Shown here: one piece after another, positions 1-12,445 of the stretch
Layout of the letters: every line of letters starts with the position of its first letter
How positions within the stretch are numbered: the stretch's first letter is position 1
Assembly (NCBI GenBank): GCA_964016885.1
Contig: OZ024740.1
Span: 303,800,001-303,864,000, forward strand
Origin: Eledone cirrhosa
Taxonomy: Eukaryota
Direction of reading: 5' to 3'
Length of the DNA stretch: 64,000 nucleotides
Notes under the pieces: generated by a model
The model's database searches: none
What the model saw: only the letters and a program-made list of their open reading frames with translations
Told to the model about the DNA's origin: nothing
Program-made: the position numbers and the translations under genes

Positions 1-866
1 TTATTGCCTTATATATGAGAACAACTGAATCTATTGTCTCATCTAACGCGCTCTTATGAGAAATTTAAGACAAACTGCATTAGAATGAACACTCGTCGAT
101 TTTGTAGTGTTCGTACTACTGTAGCTGCCGATTGCAGCCTAAATCACAGTTACCCCGTGTTACCTACATACAGTTACAGTTAAATTGACTTCACCACTTA
201 AATGTTACGTATCTTAGGATTGAAAACTATTAAACCCCGAGGGCAATAACAATATACAAACCTATTTAATTTTCCTCCTTCATATCATATTTGATATGTT
301 CCATCCATACGGTGTGATAAATGACTTTTTGAGATAATAAATAGTTTATTAATTCAACAAAAATATACATTTCCCACCCCTCCACCTTACAGACACACAT
401 ACTCAAGCATACACATCTTCAAATCCACGTTTCTGTTTTGAGATGTATAATTTGATTGAGTGATAGTTCACATGCCTTCAAAATGAATCGTCACATGATT
501 TCTTAGATAAATTGTTGTGCATGTTTATCTCCATGTCGGTCTGGATCGATCGGATCTATGATTAAAAAGCATTTCAGTTGTGACCATTCATATTTTGCTT
601 AGGTCATATAGTACATAGGACTATATTGTCCTTCCGTTAAGATAGTTGGGAATAATTTGGGGGGAGATTTTATTGCTATTTTTAGCAAGTCTGTCGACTA
701 CATAGAGGCTTTTTTATTGACTTGATTACTTGAGTTTCAATGTGTAAACTTACAGAAGTATTTGACCAATGATAAAAGACGCCATCATTAATGATAACAA
801 CTAAATGAAACCAGACTAATACTTTTGACAGTGTAGGAGACAAAAAATAGACAGTTTTCTACTTAC

Positions 867-896
867 TGTCGTTGTCTGGGCTGTCGACCACATTAT
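867..896 (-). CDS. Putative 30-nt coding micro-exon (exon 3) of an unidentified type II membrane protein; gene continues beyond this exon
   Basis: - strand tttatttctttcag|ATAATGTGGTCGACAGCCCAGACAACGACA|gtaagt. Phase 1/1, in frame with the exon ending at 2758, reads DNVVDSPDND. Confidence 0.6.
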
Positions 897-929
897 CTGA
901 AAGAAATAAACGAAAAGATTTTAAAATGT

Positions 930-1268
930 ATTCTCGGGACCCAAATAATAGGGAGTTCTAGGTTGTCTCCCTTGATATTTTTTGAAAACCAGAATTAGTC
1001 GTTAGAGACCCCAACCCATCCTATTCATTTTATAACATACGGGATTTCTTGGAATTGTTCTTTTTTGTCATGTATAATGTTTTTTGAATGTCTAAAGAAA
1101 ATGAATTGTCACAAGGAATGTTACCACTTAAAATACAATTTTGCCGGAGATAGATTAGCAAAATTTAATAAGCGGGGGGGGGGGGGTGAAATAAGAGCAG
1201 AAGGGTTGGGAAAAAATCTGAAAAATGAATAAGCTGGGTGGGGAAGATTATTCGAGATCCCAGAGTAA
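930..1268. mobile_element. MITE with TACTCTCGGG-type terminal inverted repeats (TA-flanked, Tc1/mariner-pogo-like). Related copies near 3180-3465, 9720-10000, 10400-10518, 13376-13997, 56186-56497
   Basis: Ends tattctcgggacccaaataat / ttattcgagatcccagagta. The same internal sequence recurs in both orientations. Confidence 0.7.
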
Positions 1269-1281
1269 TTACTGCTTATTA

Positions 1282-1466
1282 TTGGCAGTATCGGTAGAGG
1301 GCCGGACGCCAGGCTTTGAAGCATAGAGTTACCTCCCTTTATGATCTGAGTTCAAATCCCGCCGAGGTTAACTTTGCCTTTCATCCTTACGGGGTCGATA
1401 AAATAAAATATCAGTAATACACTGGGATAATTGCTGGCCTTGTGCCAAAAGTAGAAACAATTATAT
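1282..1466 (+). mobile_element. tRNA-derived SINE family A (high copy in window: also about 1936-2095, 16765-16960, 28105-28245, 30165-30505, 33800-34255, 40700-40860, 41610-42260, 48385-48565, 55015-55212)
   Basis: A-box-like tggcagtatcggtaga, B-box gagttcaaatccc, shared body gaggttaactttgcctttcatcc...gtcgataaaataaagtaccagt, (att)n tail. Confidence 0.85.
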
Positions 1467-2409
1467 TAGTAATGCACTGGGGTCGATTTAATCGATTTCC
1501 CCCTCCCCAAAATTGCTGGCCTTGTGCCTAAAGTAGAAACAGTTATGATATTAGTTGTATTCACAGGTCGCTGTTGTTGTTTACTGTTATACATGATGAG
1601 GTCAACCTCATTTTTTTGTTTCTTCTTTTCATTCGGACATTCAATATGTTTTTCTTTTTTCAAGACAGTGAAGTATATGAGAGAAATTTGACTGTTAGAA
1701 CTAGAAGGTCGAATCAACCCGTTGGTTCTCTCAAGTTGGCTTGTGTATTCAAAGATTGTATGGTATGGACCCGTAACTCCTGCGGGGGGAGTTGTAGTGG
1801 AGGGCCATATTGACATACAGCATTTCTAGGGCATTTTTAAACCTCCTCTCCAGGTCTGAAAAGAGCAGATTTCTTCCAGAGAAGGATAGAGGGTGAGAGA
1901 GAGAAAGTGAGAGAAAGAGAATAAGATGAAGTATCGACCCCAGTACTTGACTGGTACTTTCTTATATCGATCTACAACGGATGAAAGGCAAAGTTGACCT
2001 CGGCGGGATTTGAACTCAGATAGCAGAAAGTCGGAACAAATACTGCAAAGCATTCTATCTGACGTTCTAACAACTCGGCCAATGCGCCGCCTCTTCAAAG
2101 TTTAGGAAATTCTAAATACATGGTAAATCCCAAAATACAAAAAATAGATTGCAGGAGCATCACTAAAGATTTCGTCTCGACACAGTGTCGAATTGGCTCC
2201 GAATTGGTTAAGCTGTTAGAACATTAGATGCGTTCTGACTTAAAATTTCGTTGAGGCCGAATTTCATCTTCTCTCTCTCTGCAACAATCACGTAGAGGTT
2301 TCATAGTTGGATAAGGATCCGACGTGCGTGTGTATCAGTGTGTGTGGTGTGGTGTGTGTGAGTGTATGCGCGTATGAACACTGCCCTTAATTTATATTTT
2401 ATGTCCATC

Positions 2410-2680
2410 TCGAACCCGAAGACTCGTCAGGCCGGCGTCTCTCCCGGTTTCGTGGCATGAAGCGACTGAGAGTACAGGATTCCCGGCCCTGGACGGGACG
2501 CCAGTTCATCGCAGGGTTAAACCCACAGTTATTTCTGGTACTCATTTTCAGCTGAGTATACTGGAGCAACGTGAATGAAGTGTTTTGCTCAAGAACACAA
2601 GACGCAACCCAGCCCAGGAATCGAACCAACGACATTATGATCGTAAGTCCAATACCCTTACCACTAGACCACGCGTCTCC
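2410..2680 (-). mobile_element. tRNA-derived SINE family B (also about 16330-16635, 49000-49210, 52870-53070, 55700-55960, 60480-60665)
   Basis: Head gcgtggtctagtggtaagg...ggttcgattcc on - strand. Shared body agctgagtatactggagcaacgtgaa...tgctcaagaacacaa. Confidence 0.8.
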
Positions 2681-2757
2681 ATATATATATTATATGCCTC
2701 TTGTATAATAGAAAGTTCGTATTCTACATCATAGAAATGTATCAGTAATCCATTTAC

Positions 2758-3094
2758 CTGTTGTTTTGTAGAAATAGATAGAGATGATAATGGCTGTAGT
2801 GACACAGAAAATGAAGATAAACAACCAGAACACCGTACAGCCAACTTTCAATTGGAAGTGTCTTCTTTCATAGGAACGAGCAGCGTGGTTGAATGAATAA
2901 GAACGGGATAACCTTCCGACTGGTTCCCGCCTTAAACTGGAGTCTGGTGTTTTTCCCCAACGCCACATTTCGTACGGAGAGATCCGGCTAGGCTGCCAAT
3001 CAAGAATGCTCAGGCTGTGTATGGTTGGTGAATAAAATCCTGGATTTCCGACGTCGACATACTTCTTGGACTTGTCGAACGGAGAGAGCGCCAT
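2758..3094 (-). CDS. Coding exon 2 of an unidentified single-pass (type II-like) membrane protein
   Basis: Acceptor tcttgtttaattgtag|ATG, donor CAG|gtaaat, 337 nt open frame MALSPFDK...CTVFWLFIFIFCVTTAIIISIYFYKTT with one hydrophobic segment. Confidence 0.75.
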
Positions 3095-3881
3095 CTACAA
3101 TTAAACAAGATGGAAAGACAAAATATTTAAAATCACTCAAAATGTCAGTGGCAGTCATTGTACTGTAGCAAAAACGATGTACTCTCGGGTCCAAATAATA
3201 GAGGGGGGGTAAGCGGGAGGGCAGAATAAGTGGAGAGTAGAAAATCGGTAATTTTTCTAGGTTTCCTAGGTTGATTTAAAAAAAAAACAGAATTAGTCGT
3301 TTAGTTTACAGATTGTAACTCTGACTAATCCTTTTTTATTATATAACGTATGGGATTTCTAGTAATGTGCTTTCTTATTTGTCATGTGTAATATTTTTTA
3401 ATATATAAAGAAAATTAATTGTCGCGGGGATGCTACCACTTAAAATAGAATTTCACAGGAGATAAAGTAGCGCTGGAACTGGGGTGGGACATGTCCCCAC
3501 CAAAAAAATAATTATATTTTTCTCCCCAAACTACCAAAACACACATCTATTTGTATATGCGCTACAATTTATATACACGTTATCTAGAGACAGATAGGAG
3601 ATATAGAGAGGAGAGGGGGGAGTTTGGTGGTGATTAATATAAATTTCAATTTATTTGCCACCAGGGCATCAAAGATTGGGACAAATACAAAGGGGGAGTT
3701 TACATACATTTAAAAAGATGTGTAAAAAACATATAACAAATTAAATTTAACAATCGATGTCCTCAATAGGGAGGGGCGTTGACATGGGTCGCACACACCC
3801 CCGGAAAAATGTGCAACCCTCCTCTACAGGAGCACAAAGAGCGGGTGCTCCCTTCCTCTTCTCATTCTTCTCCTCTCTCAC

Positions 3882-6800
3882 CTACAGGCTGATATAGAGA
3901 GAAGGCCCATTCACTCGGGCCATTCTCGCTACTTTCACCCACCTTTCATAAAACTTGCTGGGGTAGAGCACCTCTCTCTCCATTCTGATCCTTCTTCTAA
4001 AGTGGTACTTGAAAAAAAAGACCAGTTGTTGGCCGGAGAAAAGGTGTCTGACCTCAGCCCTTTCAACCTTGTCCACCATACAACTTCTTTCGCCATAGCT
4101 ATCACACAGAGGAAAACTGCCTCTCCATCGTTTTTGAAAGGGGGAGGCGGTTTGATCGTGACAATGTTCTCGGTGGTCAACTGGATTGGTCCCAGCCGCG
4201 ACAGTAGTGGTTCCACATAGCCCCACAGGTCAGCAACGCCCGGGCAGTGTACGAATGCGTGTGCGACGGTTTCCTCGTCACGCACACATCTCGGACAGAT
4301 CTTCTTCGAGGGGTCCCTACCCGGGCGCCCGTGTCTGTAGAGCTTGTCCCGAACGGGTAGAGCTCCTCGGTAACATTGCCAAGCCAGGGATTTTTGGAAG
4401 TTGCCCATCGGTCCCGGGCCAAACGTCCTACCGAACAGACTGGCCAGCTCATCTTCCTCCATGCCCAGCGCCTCTCCGAGAGCGTCGTCGCATTTACTGC
4501 GAACCAACCCTTTATAGAATGTTGAGGTTGAGTCTCCACTGATTGCCGGATCCGCTTGCCAGAGGACCGTGAGCGCCTGGGCACATTCAATGTGCCAGTC
4601 GCCCACTTTTCTCGGTCTTTGCTTGACCCAAGATTGCAGCTCGGTGAGTGAGACGAGTCTCGGAAAGGCTCGCCTCACAAACAGGGCCCACACCGGCTGA
4701 CCGGTGAGGAATACCTGGAGGTGCCGTAGCCTTAATGCGTGTCTACGCATCGTCAGCCACGGCGTCTCCAGCCCTCCGTTCGAAGGGTGTTGACAGCAGA
4801 TGGATCTTCTCACCAAAGGAGCCCGCTTCTTCCAAAGAAATCGGAAGAGTGCGCGCTCCATTTTGGCGAGTGTTTTCTCTGGGCAAGACACGACGGTCAA
4901 GCGGTAGTAGATGACGGACGCTATATAAGCGTTCGCCACCTCCACTCGACCATTCAGGGATAGTTTGCACTCGGCCCACTTCTGGGCGAGTTCAAACACC
5001 TTGCCCGTTACCTCGTCCCAGTTTTTCTCCACCTGGAGGTCCGGTCCGAACCAGACCCCGAGCAGCTTCACCGGTCCCTCCGTCCAGCGTCCGACGATGC
5101 CGTCGGAGGGCATCGTTTTTCCCCTCCACGTCCCGAGTTGCAAACCGACGGACTTGTCCCGGCTCAGCTTGGCTCCTGTGAACCTTTCATATTCCTCCAG
5201 TAAGGTGCCGATCTGCCCGATTTCCGAGGCGCACGACACCATTACTGTCACGTCGTCGGCGTAGGCTGACACCGCTTTCCGCAATCCCGGTTCTAAGGGG
5301 ATGCCCTGCAACAGCTCCAGCTTCCGCAGTAGTGGCTCGAGTGCCAGCACATACAGGAGGGAGGAGAGAGGGCATCCCTGTCGGATGGATCGCGTGATTT
5401 GGAACGGCTCCGAGAGGTAGCCGTTCACCTTGACCCTCGAGCAGGTGTTGCTGCTGTGCATTGCAGCAATCCAGCCACTGAAAACGGGTCCGAAGCCTAC
5501 CGCCGCGAGCACCGCATCCAGGAACCGATGGTCAACCCTATCAAACGCCTTAGATTGATCCAAGTTGATCAGAGCCCCACCAAAGCCGGGTTCGTTCCCT
5601 ACCCTCTCTACGATGTATCGCATGAGGTGGAGGTTGTCGTGTATGGACCTGGACGGGATTGCGCATGTCTGCGCTTCTCCCACCAGGTTCCCGACGACAA
5701 GCGCCAACCTCTTCGCTAACACCTTGGCCAAAATCTTTAACTCTGTGTTTAGCAGAGTTATGGGCCTGAAGTTATCTATGTCATCCCCCTTGTTCTCGTC
5801 CTTCCTCACCAGCGTGACTACGCCCTTGATCACAGAACTGGAAATTCTCCCGTTCTGTTGCCAGTTGCAGTAGACCGCCTCGAGGAGACCGGAGAACAAG
5901 CCCGGCATCGCTACATAAAGTTCGTATGGTAGACCATCGAGACCCGGAGATTTGCGTTTGCCGCATTTGCTCAGCGCTTCCACTATTTTAGCGGCTGAAA
6001 TCGGCCTCTCGCAGGACTTCGCCTCCCCGTCCGAGAGCCGCGCCAGACCGTCGAGGTATGGACCGAAATCCATAGCCCCACTCGGCCCGCCGCCCCGCCC
6101 GAACAGTCGTGCAAAGCGCCGTTGAAAGGCCGCGCTCATACGCTCAGGTTCAAGGATCACGCGTCCATCCTGGTCCTTCAAAGACCGAATCGTGGACTTG
6201 TTTCGACATTTTGCCCCTGTCACTCGGACCCAGCATTGGCTCCCTCGTTACCCAGAGCACGTATTTTACTCCTGACAACGCAGCCCTCGTGCTTCGCATC
6301 AAAGAACTGGTCTAGGGCCGTTCTTGACGCCAGTACGCCGGCCACGTTGCCACTCCTAATCGCCTCTTCTACTCTATTTATTAATTCCCTTTCAGTTCTA
6401 TTCCTATCTGATGCTAATTCCCGACTAAAACCTATCGATTCTATTCTAATTTCTCTCTTGAGAGAGCCCCACCACCTGCTGTTGACAATTTCCCCCGTCA
6501 AACGCTGCTTAACTAGTGGGCTAATCCGCTTACTGTAAGCTTTGTTTGTCGGTAAAGACAAGTTTAGCTTCCAGTAACCGGGTCCCTGTCTATGAGTTCT
6601 ATCAAGGTTGACCACTCCGGTCACCAACTTGTGATCCGAATAGTCAACCATGAACATTCGTGGACAGCTTAATATGTCCCTATCCTTATTTCTAACTAGG
6701 AACCTATCTAGGTACGACCTAGATGTTCCGCTACGATTAGTCCACGTCCACAGTGGCACAGTCGGAAAATCTAGTCGATATCTATCGGCCAGATCAAATC

Positions 6801-7311
6801 TTCCGATTAATCGTTTGAGGCTGTTACACCCCCCTCTATCGGGACATGCCCCTACATAGTCCCAACGTGCATCCAGGATACCATTCCAGTCCCCCACTAA
6901 AAGCAAGGAGCGAGACGTTCCTAGGAAATTCTCCAGGCGTCGGAAGAAGTCCGGTCGCGGTGTCCCAGATGGGGCATACGCTGCCACCAGCCTGAAAGCT
7001 CCACCTTCACCACTGCCGACGTCTAAAACCACCAGTCGACCCTCCGGGTCCAGGTGTACCTTCTGTGTGGCAAGACCCAGGTATTTTCGCAGCAGAACGA
7101 CAACCCCACCCCCACCCCTCGGGTGACAGAGAGATGCGTAGATCTCAAAGTCGTCGAAGATGGGGGCCAGTTGGCGCTCGCTGCTGATCCTGGACTCGCA
7201 AATAACCATTACATCCACTCTGTACAACCTGAGGTCATTTAAGAATTTGCCCTGTTTCCAGGACATCCCCAGGCCGCGTGCATTCACATATCCAACTCTT
7301 ATATTGGCCAT
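3882..7311 (-). pseudogene. Tx1-like ORF2 (apurinic endonuclease + reverse transcriptase + zf-RVT-like motif), frameshifted near 6225 and 4030
   Basis: NARGL, GDWN, SYLDRF and YSDH endonuclease motifs. KSPGLDG, NFRPITLLN, LDQSKAFDRV, RQGCPLS and YADD RT motifs. CPRC..ETVAHAFVHC. C-terminus continues in ORF 3882-4226. Confidence 0.93.
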
Positions 7312-7353
7312 GTTGGTGCTGAAGAGTTAAAAAGGAAGAGAAAAGGAAATTAC

Positions 7354-9159
7354 TTACCTCTTCGTCTCCTGGGGACCAGGCTGCACAATTTCCATGGGGG
7401 TGTTGGAAGGGTTGTTTGGTGGGGTGGTGGTTTGTGGTGGGGTGAGGACATCAGTGTGTGGTGGGGTTAGGGCGTTTGGTTGGGTGTGGGTGTCAGGTGT
7501 GGGGGTGGGGAAACATCGCAATAGGACGTGGTTAAGTGGTTTGGTGCAGTTGGTCCCCACATGCATTGGATGGTTCTTTTTCAAAGTTACATAGGTTTCC
7601 GTTGGGACCCTAATCATCATTAGGTGCGGTTTGTTCGCTGCGTAGGTGAAAGTGATCCCTTCGGTTTCCACCGAAGGGTTATTTTCTATTGCTTTCATCA
7701 AAGTTTTATTGTTCTTGTTAATGTATGTATAGAGTTTTTGTTGTGTTGTGTTTGTTTTTGTTTGTTGTTCTTGTGCGTGTTTGCGTTTTGTAGTATGTGT
7801 TATGTTTTGGGGAGGGGTGGGTTTTTTTGTTTGTTCTGTTTGTTCTGTTTGTGCTGGTGGTTGTGTTTGTAGTATTTTTTTGTTAATGTGGTGCTTTTTT
7901 TTTTCCTTTTCACCTGTTGAAAGGGTTCTCCTTCGTCGTCACTGGGTGACGTTGATACGGAGTCCTCTTCCGTGTTGTTGGGGAGGGGTATATTTTGGGG
8001 TTTTGTTGTGGTTGCTTTTGTATTTGTTTTAGGTGGGGAGGGGTTGGGTGGAACAGTGTTTTGTATTGTTATTTTTCCGTGTTGTTGTGGTTGTTGTTGT
8101 TGTGGTGGTGGTGGTGGTGGTTGTGTTGTTGTGTTCGGGGTTGGCAGAAGAGCCTTTTTTTTTACTCGTTAATTGAGGACAGGCAGCCCTCAGGTGACCC
8201 CTACTTAAGCAGTGGTAACATGACGGCCGCCTTCCCTCCACTGAAATGTTTATATAAGTTAGCCCGTCCAGAGGCACGCGTTGTGGGATATTCGCTATTC
8301 GTTCTGGGCTCATTTGCACCAGAACTTCTACGCTGATCCCACCAAATACACATCCGGAGGACTTTCCTATTGAAATTATCTTGTCTTCATCAAAGTCAAT
8401 GATTCCACATAGTATCCACCAAATATTTACATTTGGTGTGATACTCATTATTTTTATTCTTTGTGTCCTTTTTCCCCTGTATGTGGGGAAAAAGGTGAAG
8501 CGGGGGGACACAATGGGTGATACGGAGTACTTTTGTGCTGTTGACTGGTTGTTCATTAGCACCGAAATGCTACCAAACAGTTTACCCTTTTGTATGAAGG
8601 TTATGTCCTTCATTGCATCTTGTAGAACCAGCTCAATTTCATTTTGTGATAATTGAGCTGGTTTTCCTGTTTCGTTCGATATTGTCCTGAAAACCACAGT
8701 TTTCAGGACAGCCTCTCTACGTAATTCCTGTGGAGAATGGATGCTAAAAGCACCGTTTTCGCCAAAAGTCACGAATTGTTTTGCGTCTTGTAATAGTTGT
8801 TTAGCATTTGTTATGTCTATTGGCGTGTATAGTTCGTTTTTTTTTACAGTCTGTGCGAATGTTGTTTTGGTGTTGTTGTCTTTTATGTTGCTGCTGTTGT
8901 TGTCACTGTTGGTAATATTGTTCATATTTTCCTTGGTGTTGCTATTGTTGCAGTTGTTGGTTGTGGTGTTACTGTCATTGTTCTTGTTGTTGGTGCTGGT
9001 ATTATTTACCGGGTTTGGTTTCGTGGTTTCAATATTTTCAACGTTTTTCGATAATGCGAGGGGGGAAGGCTGCAAGCTTTGTACTCCTACCTTCCCTCCA
9101 CCACTTTTCTTAGTGGGCGTGGCACTCACGACAGTGTGCGAGGTGGAAATGGCATCCAT
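7354..9159 (-). pseudogene. Tx1-like ORF1 (gag-like, zinc knuckle), broken by frameshifts in A homopolymers
   Basis: CYHCLSRGHLRAAC knuckle and Asn/Thr-rich regions. A frame change at the T-run near 8155-8164 restores KKALLPTP...DDEGEPFQQVKRKK. C-terminal part is in ORF 7354-7701. Confidence 0.8.
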
Positions 9160-9360
9160 TGCTGACTACCAAGTCTACACAGTTTTGAGATGAAAATGAA
9201 AATTTCGCCCCAGAAAGGGGCGAAAATTAGTTGACTCAACGTCTGAAGGCCCAGGCAAGGGGTTAAACTAAACAATGCTATTAAATTGAGCAATTAACTC
9301 ACAGTTTCTTTTACAATAATCCGTAAAAGTCCGGAGCGAAGTAATTCACGTCTATATCAA

Positions 9361-9715
9361 GTGGTAATTGATATAGAGAAGGGGGGGGGTGTAAGAGAGT
9401 GCCGTGTAATAGATATAGAGAGGGAGAGCTTTTAGGGGTGATTGATATAGAGAGGAGGGTTGGAAGAGAGTGCCGTGTAGTAGATATAGAGATGGGGAGA
9501 GTTTATGGGTGATTGATATACAGAGAGGGATTGGGAGAGATAAGTGTAGATATTTATAGAGTGAGAGAGTGTATTAGTCTTAGATATAGAGTGGGATAAG
9601 AGAGGCGGTGCCGTGGTAGATGTAGAGAGGTGTAGAGTTTGGTTTTAGTAGATATAGAGGGGAGGTTAAAAGAGAGTTCGTGTGATAGACATAGAGAGCA
9701 GGAGAGTTTGGTGGC
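9361..9715. repeat. Degenerate purine-rich minisatellite (gatatagagagg...), with its other part at 3585-3641, split by the Tx1 element
   Basis: Recurrent gatatagag(a/g)ggg...gtgatt units on both sides of the retrotransposon. Confidence 0.65.
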
Positions 9716-10109
9716 ACGCTTAGGTCCCAAATAATAGGAGGGGTGGAAATAATGGGAAGTGGGGCTTGGGAAATCAGTAATTGTATAGTGTATATTCATA
9801 AATATGGGATTTCTATTAATGTTCTTCTTTTGTCATATATTAGAATCTCCAGCTGCTGTATAAATATAAATCACAATAAAATTTTGCCGGAGATAGATTA
9901 GCAAAATTTAATATGTGGACGGAATAAAAACCGGTGGGGGGGGGGGGGGGCTGACAAATCAATAAGCGGAGTATGAGGGCGATTATTCAAGACCTGAGAA
10001 GACGTGAATTATTGACGGACGACGTAAGAATGAAAACTCAATACCGGAGTAGAGTTTAAATATTCATTTATTATGGTTAAGCCTTGTTATTCTGGAGTCT
10101 CACCTGCGT

Positions 10110-10211
10110 ATTCACCAGACGAGATTGGTGATTCTGTGAGTTATTGGTGAGCTTTGTTACTCTAAAGTTTCACCTGCACACTCACAGAATCACCAATCTC
10201 GTCTGGTGAAT
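10110..10211. repeat. Short hairpin with perfect 32-bp arms
   Basis: attcaccagacgagattggtgattctgtgagt ... actcacagaatcaccaatctcgtctggtgaat. Confidence 0.85.
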
Positions 10212-10784
10212 TTCTTCCCCAAACTACCAAAATACACATCTATTTGGATATGCGCTACAATTTATGTACATGTTATGTTTATCGCATATCGAAGTTTAGA
10301 GTACGTTTTAAAGTGCAAATAGCTAAACTAATAACTACAACGAAATCGGCCAAAGTTGCACCCCCACCCCACCCTTTCCCACCCAATTCAGAAATGCTTC
10401 TGTCACCCCTGAGATGGATTAGCAAAATTTAATAAGCGAAGGGGGATAACAGTGGGGGGGGGGTCTGAAAAATTAATAAGCGGGTGGGGGCGGGGCCATT
10501 ATTCGAGACCCGAGAGTATACGTATATACGGTTAAAAAATTATCAAACGAGAACATTAAAAAATCCTTAAACACGGAAATTGACTAAGTCATCAAAAATG
10601 AATTTCAAATATTGTAGAACATTCCATATCTTAAATAAAATATCATCTAGTTGCAATTACAAGCTTATCTTTTAGAACAAGGAACCAAGAAACAAATATC
10701 TGATATTGTGGTGGTTTAATTCCTAGCTGTTACGTATATTGTCATATGTAAATTAGAAAAAATAGCAAATACAAGTTGTCTGAT

Positions 10785-11450
10785 TATTAGTGCTTGTTGT
10801 GAGGGTGACGGATTGGTAGAATTGGTAGAGCGTTGGACAACATGCTTTGCAGCATAGAGTTACGGCCCTTTACGGTCTGAGTTAAATCCCGCCGAGTTTA
10901 ACTTTGCCTTTCATTCTTACGGGGTCGATAAAATAAAGCATCAGTAACGTACTGGGTCGATTTAATCGACTTTCCCCGCCCCCAAAATTACTGGCCTTGT
11001 GCCTATACTAGAAATCATTGTTAGTGCTTGTTGTAAGGGTGAGGAATTGGTAGAGGGTCGGACCACATGCTTTACATCCCTTTACGTTCTGAATTCAAAT
11101 CCCACCGAGATTAGCTTTGCCGTTCATCCTTGCAGTGTCGATAAAATAAAGTACCAGTCACGCACTGAGGTCAGTTTAATCGAATATCCTCTCTACTAAA
11201 ATTACTGACCTTGTGTCTAACTCAGAAACCATTATTAGTGCTTGCTGTAAGGTGAATTGGCAGTATCGGTAGAGCGTCCCTTTACGTTTTAAGTTCAAAT
11301 GCCATCAAGTTTTGCTTTGCCTTTCATCCTTATGAGCTCGATAAAATAAAGTACAAATAACGCACTGGGGTCGATTTAATCGACTTTCCCCTTCCTTTCA
11401 AATTGCTGGTCTTGTGCTAAATTCATGAACTATTATAAGTGCTTGCTGTA
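10785..11450 (+). repeat. Head-to-tail tandem cluster of 3 diverged SINE A copies (about 200-230 bp period)
   Basis: Units each begin attagtgcttg(t/c)tgt(g/a)agg at about 10785, 11018, 11233; a fourth junction at 11434. Confidence 0.8.
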
Positions 11451-12074
11451 CCAGCGAAGACTAAATCTTAGTTTAACTATAACTTATAGTGTAAAACAGA
11501 GTTTATGGAGAAAATAATGCAAGAGAATGGTGTTAACTGCCTCAACTAAACATTAACTGTAAATGTCAAACTAAATTGTGAAAATACATTCACAAAATTT
11601 TATAATTATTGTATTCTTTCCCTGTTCTAATCGAAAAAAGGAATGTTAGTGGGAGCCTGGTATTTTACCACCATTCCGAAATCTATAAAAGAATCCAAGT
11701 TTCTAGCCACATCTATCAAAAGCTGTTTCTATTGTAGGTCAGAGTAACTATTCGAAAGCGTGTTGCAGGGATGTCTTGAAAAGCTTCTAATATTACTCCT
11801 ATTAGTCACTATTGATAACCGTAAAGTAAAACTTATGACAGTAAAGATTAAATTTTGATTTAGCTTTCACTGGTTTTGTCATAAAAGTAATATTTCATGT
11901 AAATGTCAATACCACTTGATATTTAACGGCAACCAAATTTAGTTTGGTCGCTCATAATTCACAATCTTTCATTATATCATTAAAAGGTTGCCCTTCATTT
12001 TCACAATTTGTCTTACTAAACAGCATTCAGTTGTGCGCTATACTTAATTCTGGTGAAAAGTTCGGCTTTTAGTA

Positions 12075-12445
12075 TACGAGGTACACTCAAGAGGTTTTGA
12101 GATTTTTATCAGAGAAACATTTATTTAACTCAGATCAACACAAAACTCAAGTCACCTTCAAAGTGGAATCCTCCACCCTCCATGCACTTGTGTAGTGCTC
12201 CATCCACTTCTGGAAGGCCCCCTTGTAGTCCTCCTAAGGTGAAGGTGTCCAGGGTGCTTGTCTCAAACTCCTTCATCTCCTCCACATCCTCAAAGCGGAT
12301 ACCCCCTGAGCTTCTCCTTCGGCAACATCCAGAAGTCGCATATGGCTAAGTCTGGACTGTGGGGCGGGTGAAGGACAGTCTTGATCCTTATATCGGCCAA
12401 GTAGTTGGTCATCAGGATAGATTTGTGGCAGGGGAATTGTGTTTT
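12075..12445 (-). mobile_element. Mariner transposase remnant with one terminal repeat
   Basis: LHPPHSPDLAICDFW resembles the mariner HPPYSPDLAPCDF motif; tacgagg terminus at 12075. Confidence 0.8.

Larger units (their letters stand above)
3642..9360 (-). mobile_element. Near full-length Tx1/L1-clade non-LTR retrotransposon (about 5.7 kb)
   Basis: 5'UTR, ORF1 with CCHC knuckle, ORF2 with APE, RT and C-terminal zinc motif. 3' end AATAAATTGAAATTT. Candidate TSD gtggtgattaatata (3627-3641) / gtggtaattgatata (9361-9375). Confidence 0.93.

Noticed and set aside
1466-1816. 116-aa - strand ORF as a further exon of the membrane gene
   Set aside because: Both ends lie in repeats (SINE tail and a repeat also seen near 15610-15670); no clear splice sites.
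4002-9193. Multiple + strand and alternate-frame ORFs over the Tx1 element
   Set aside because: Shadow frames of GC-rich or low-complexity retrotransposon sequence.
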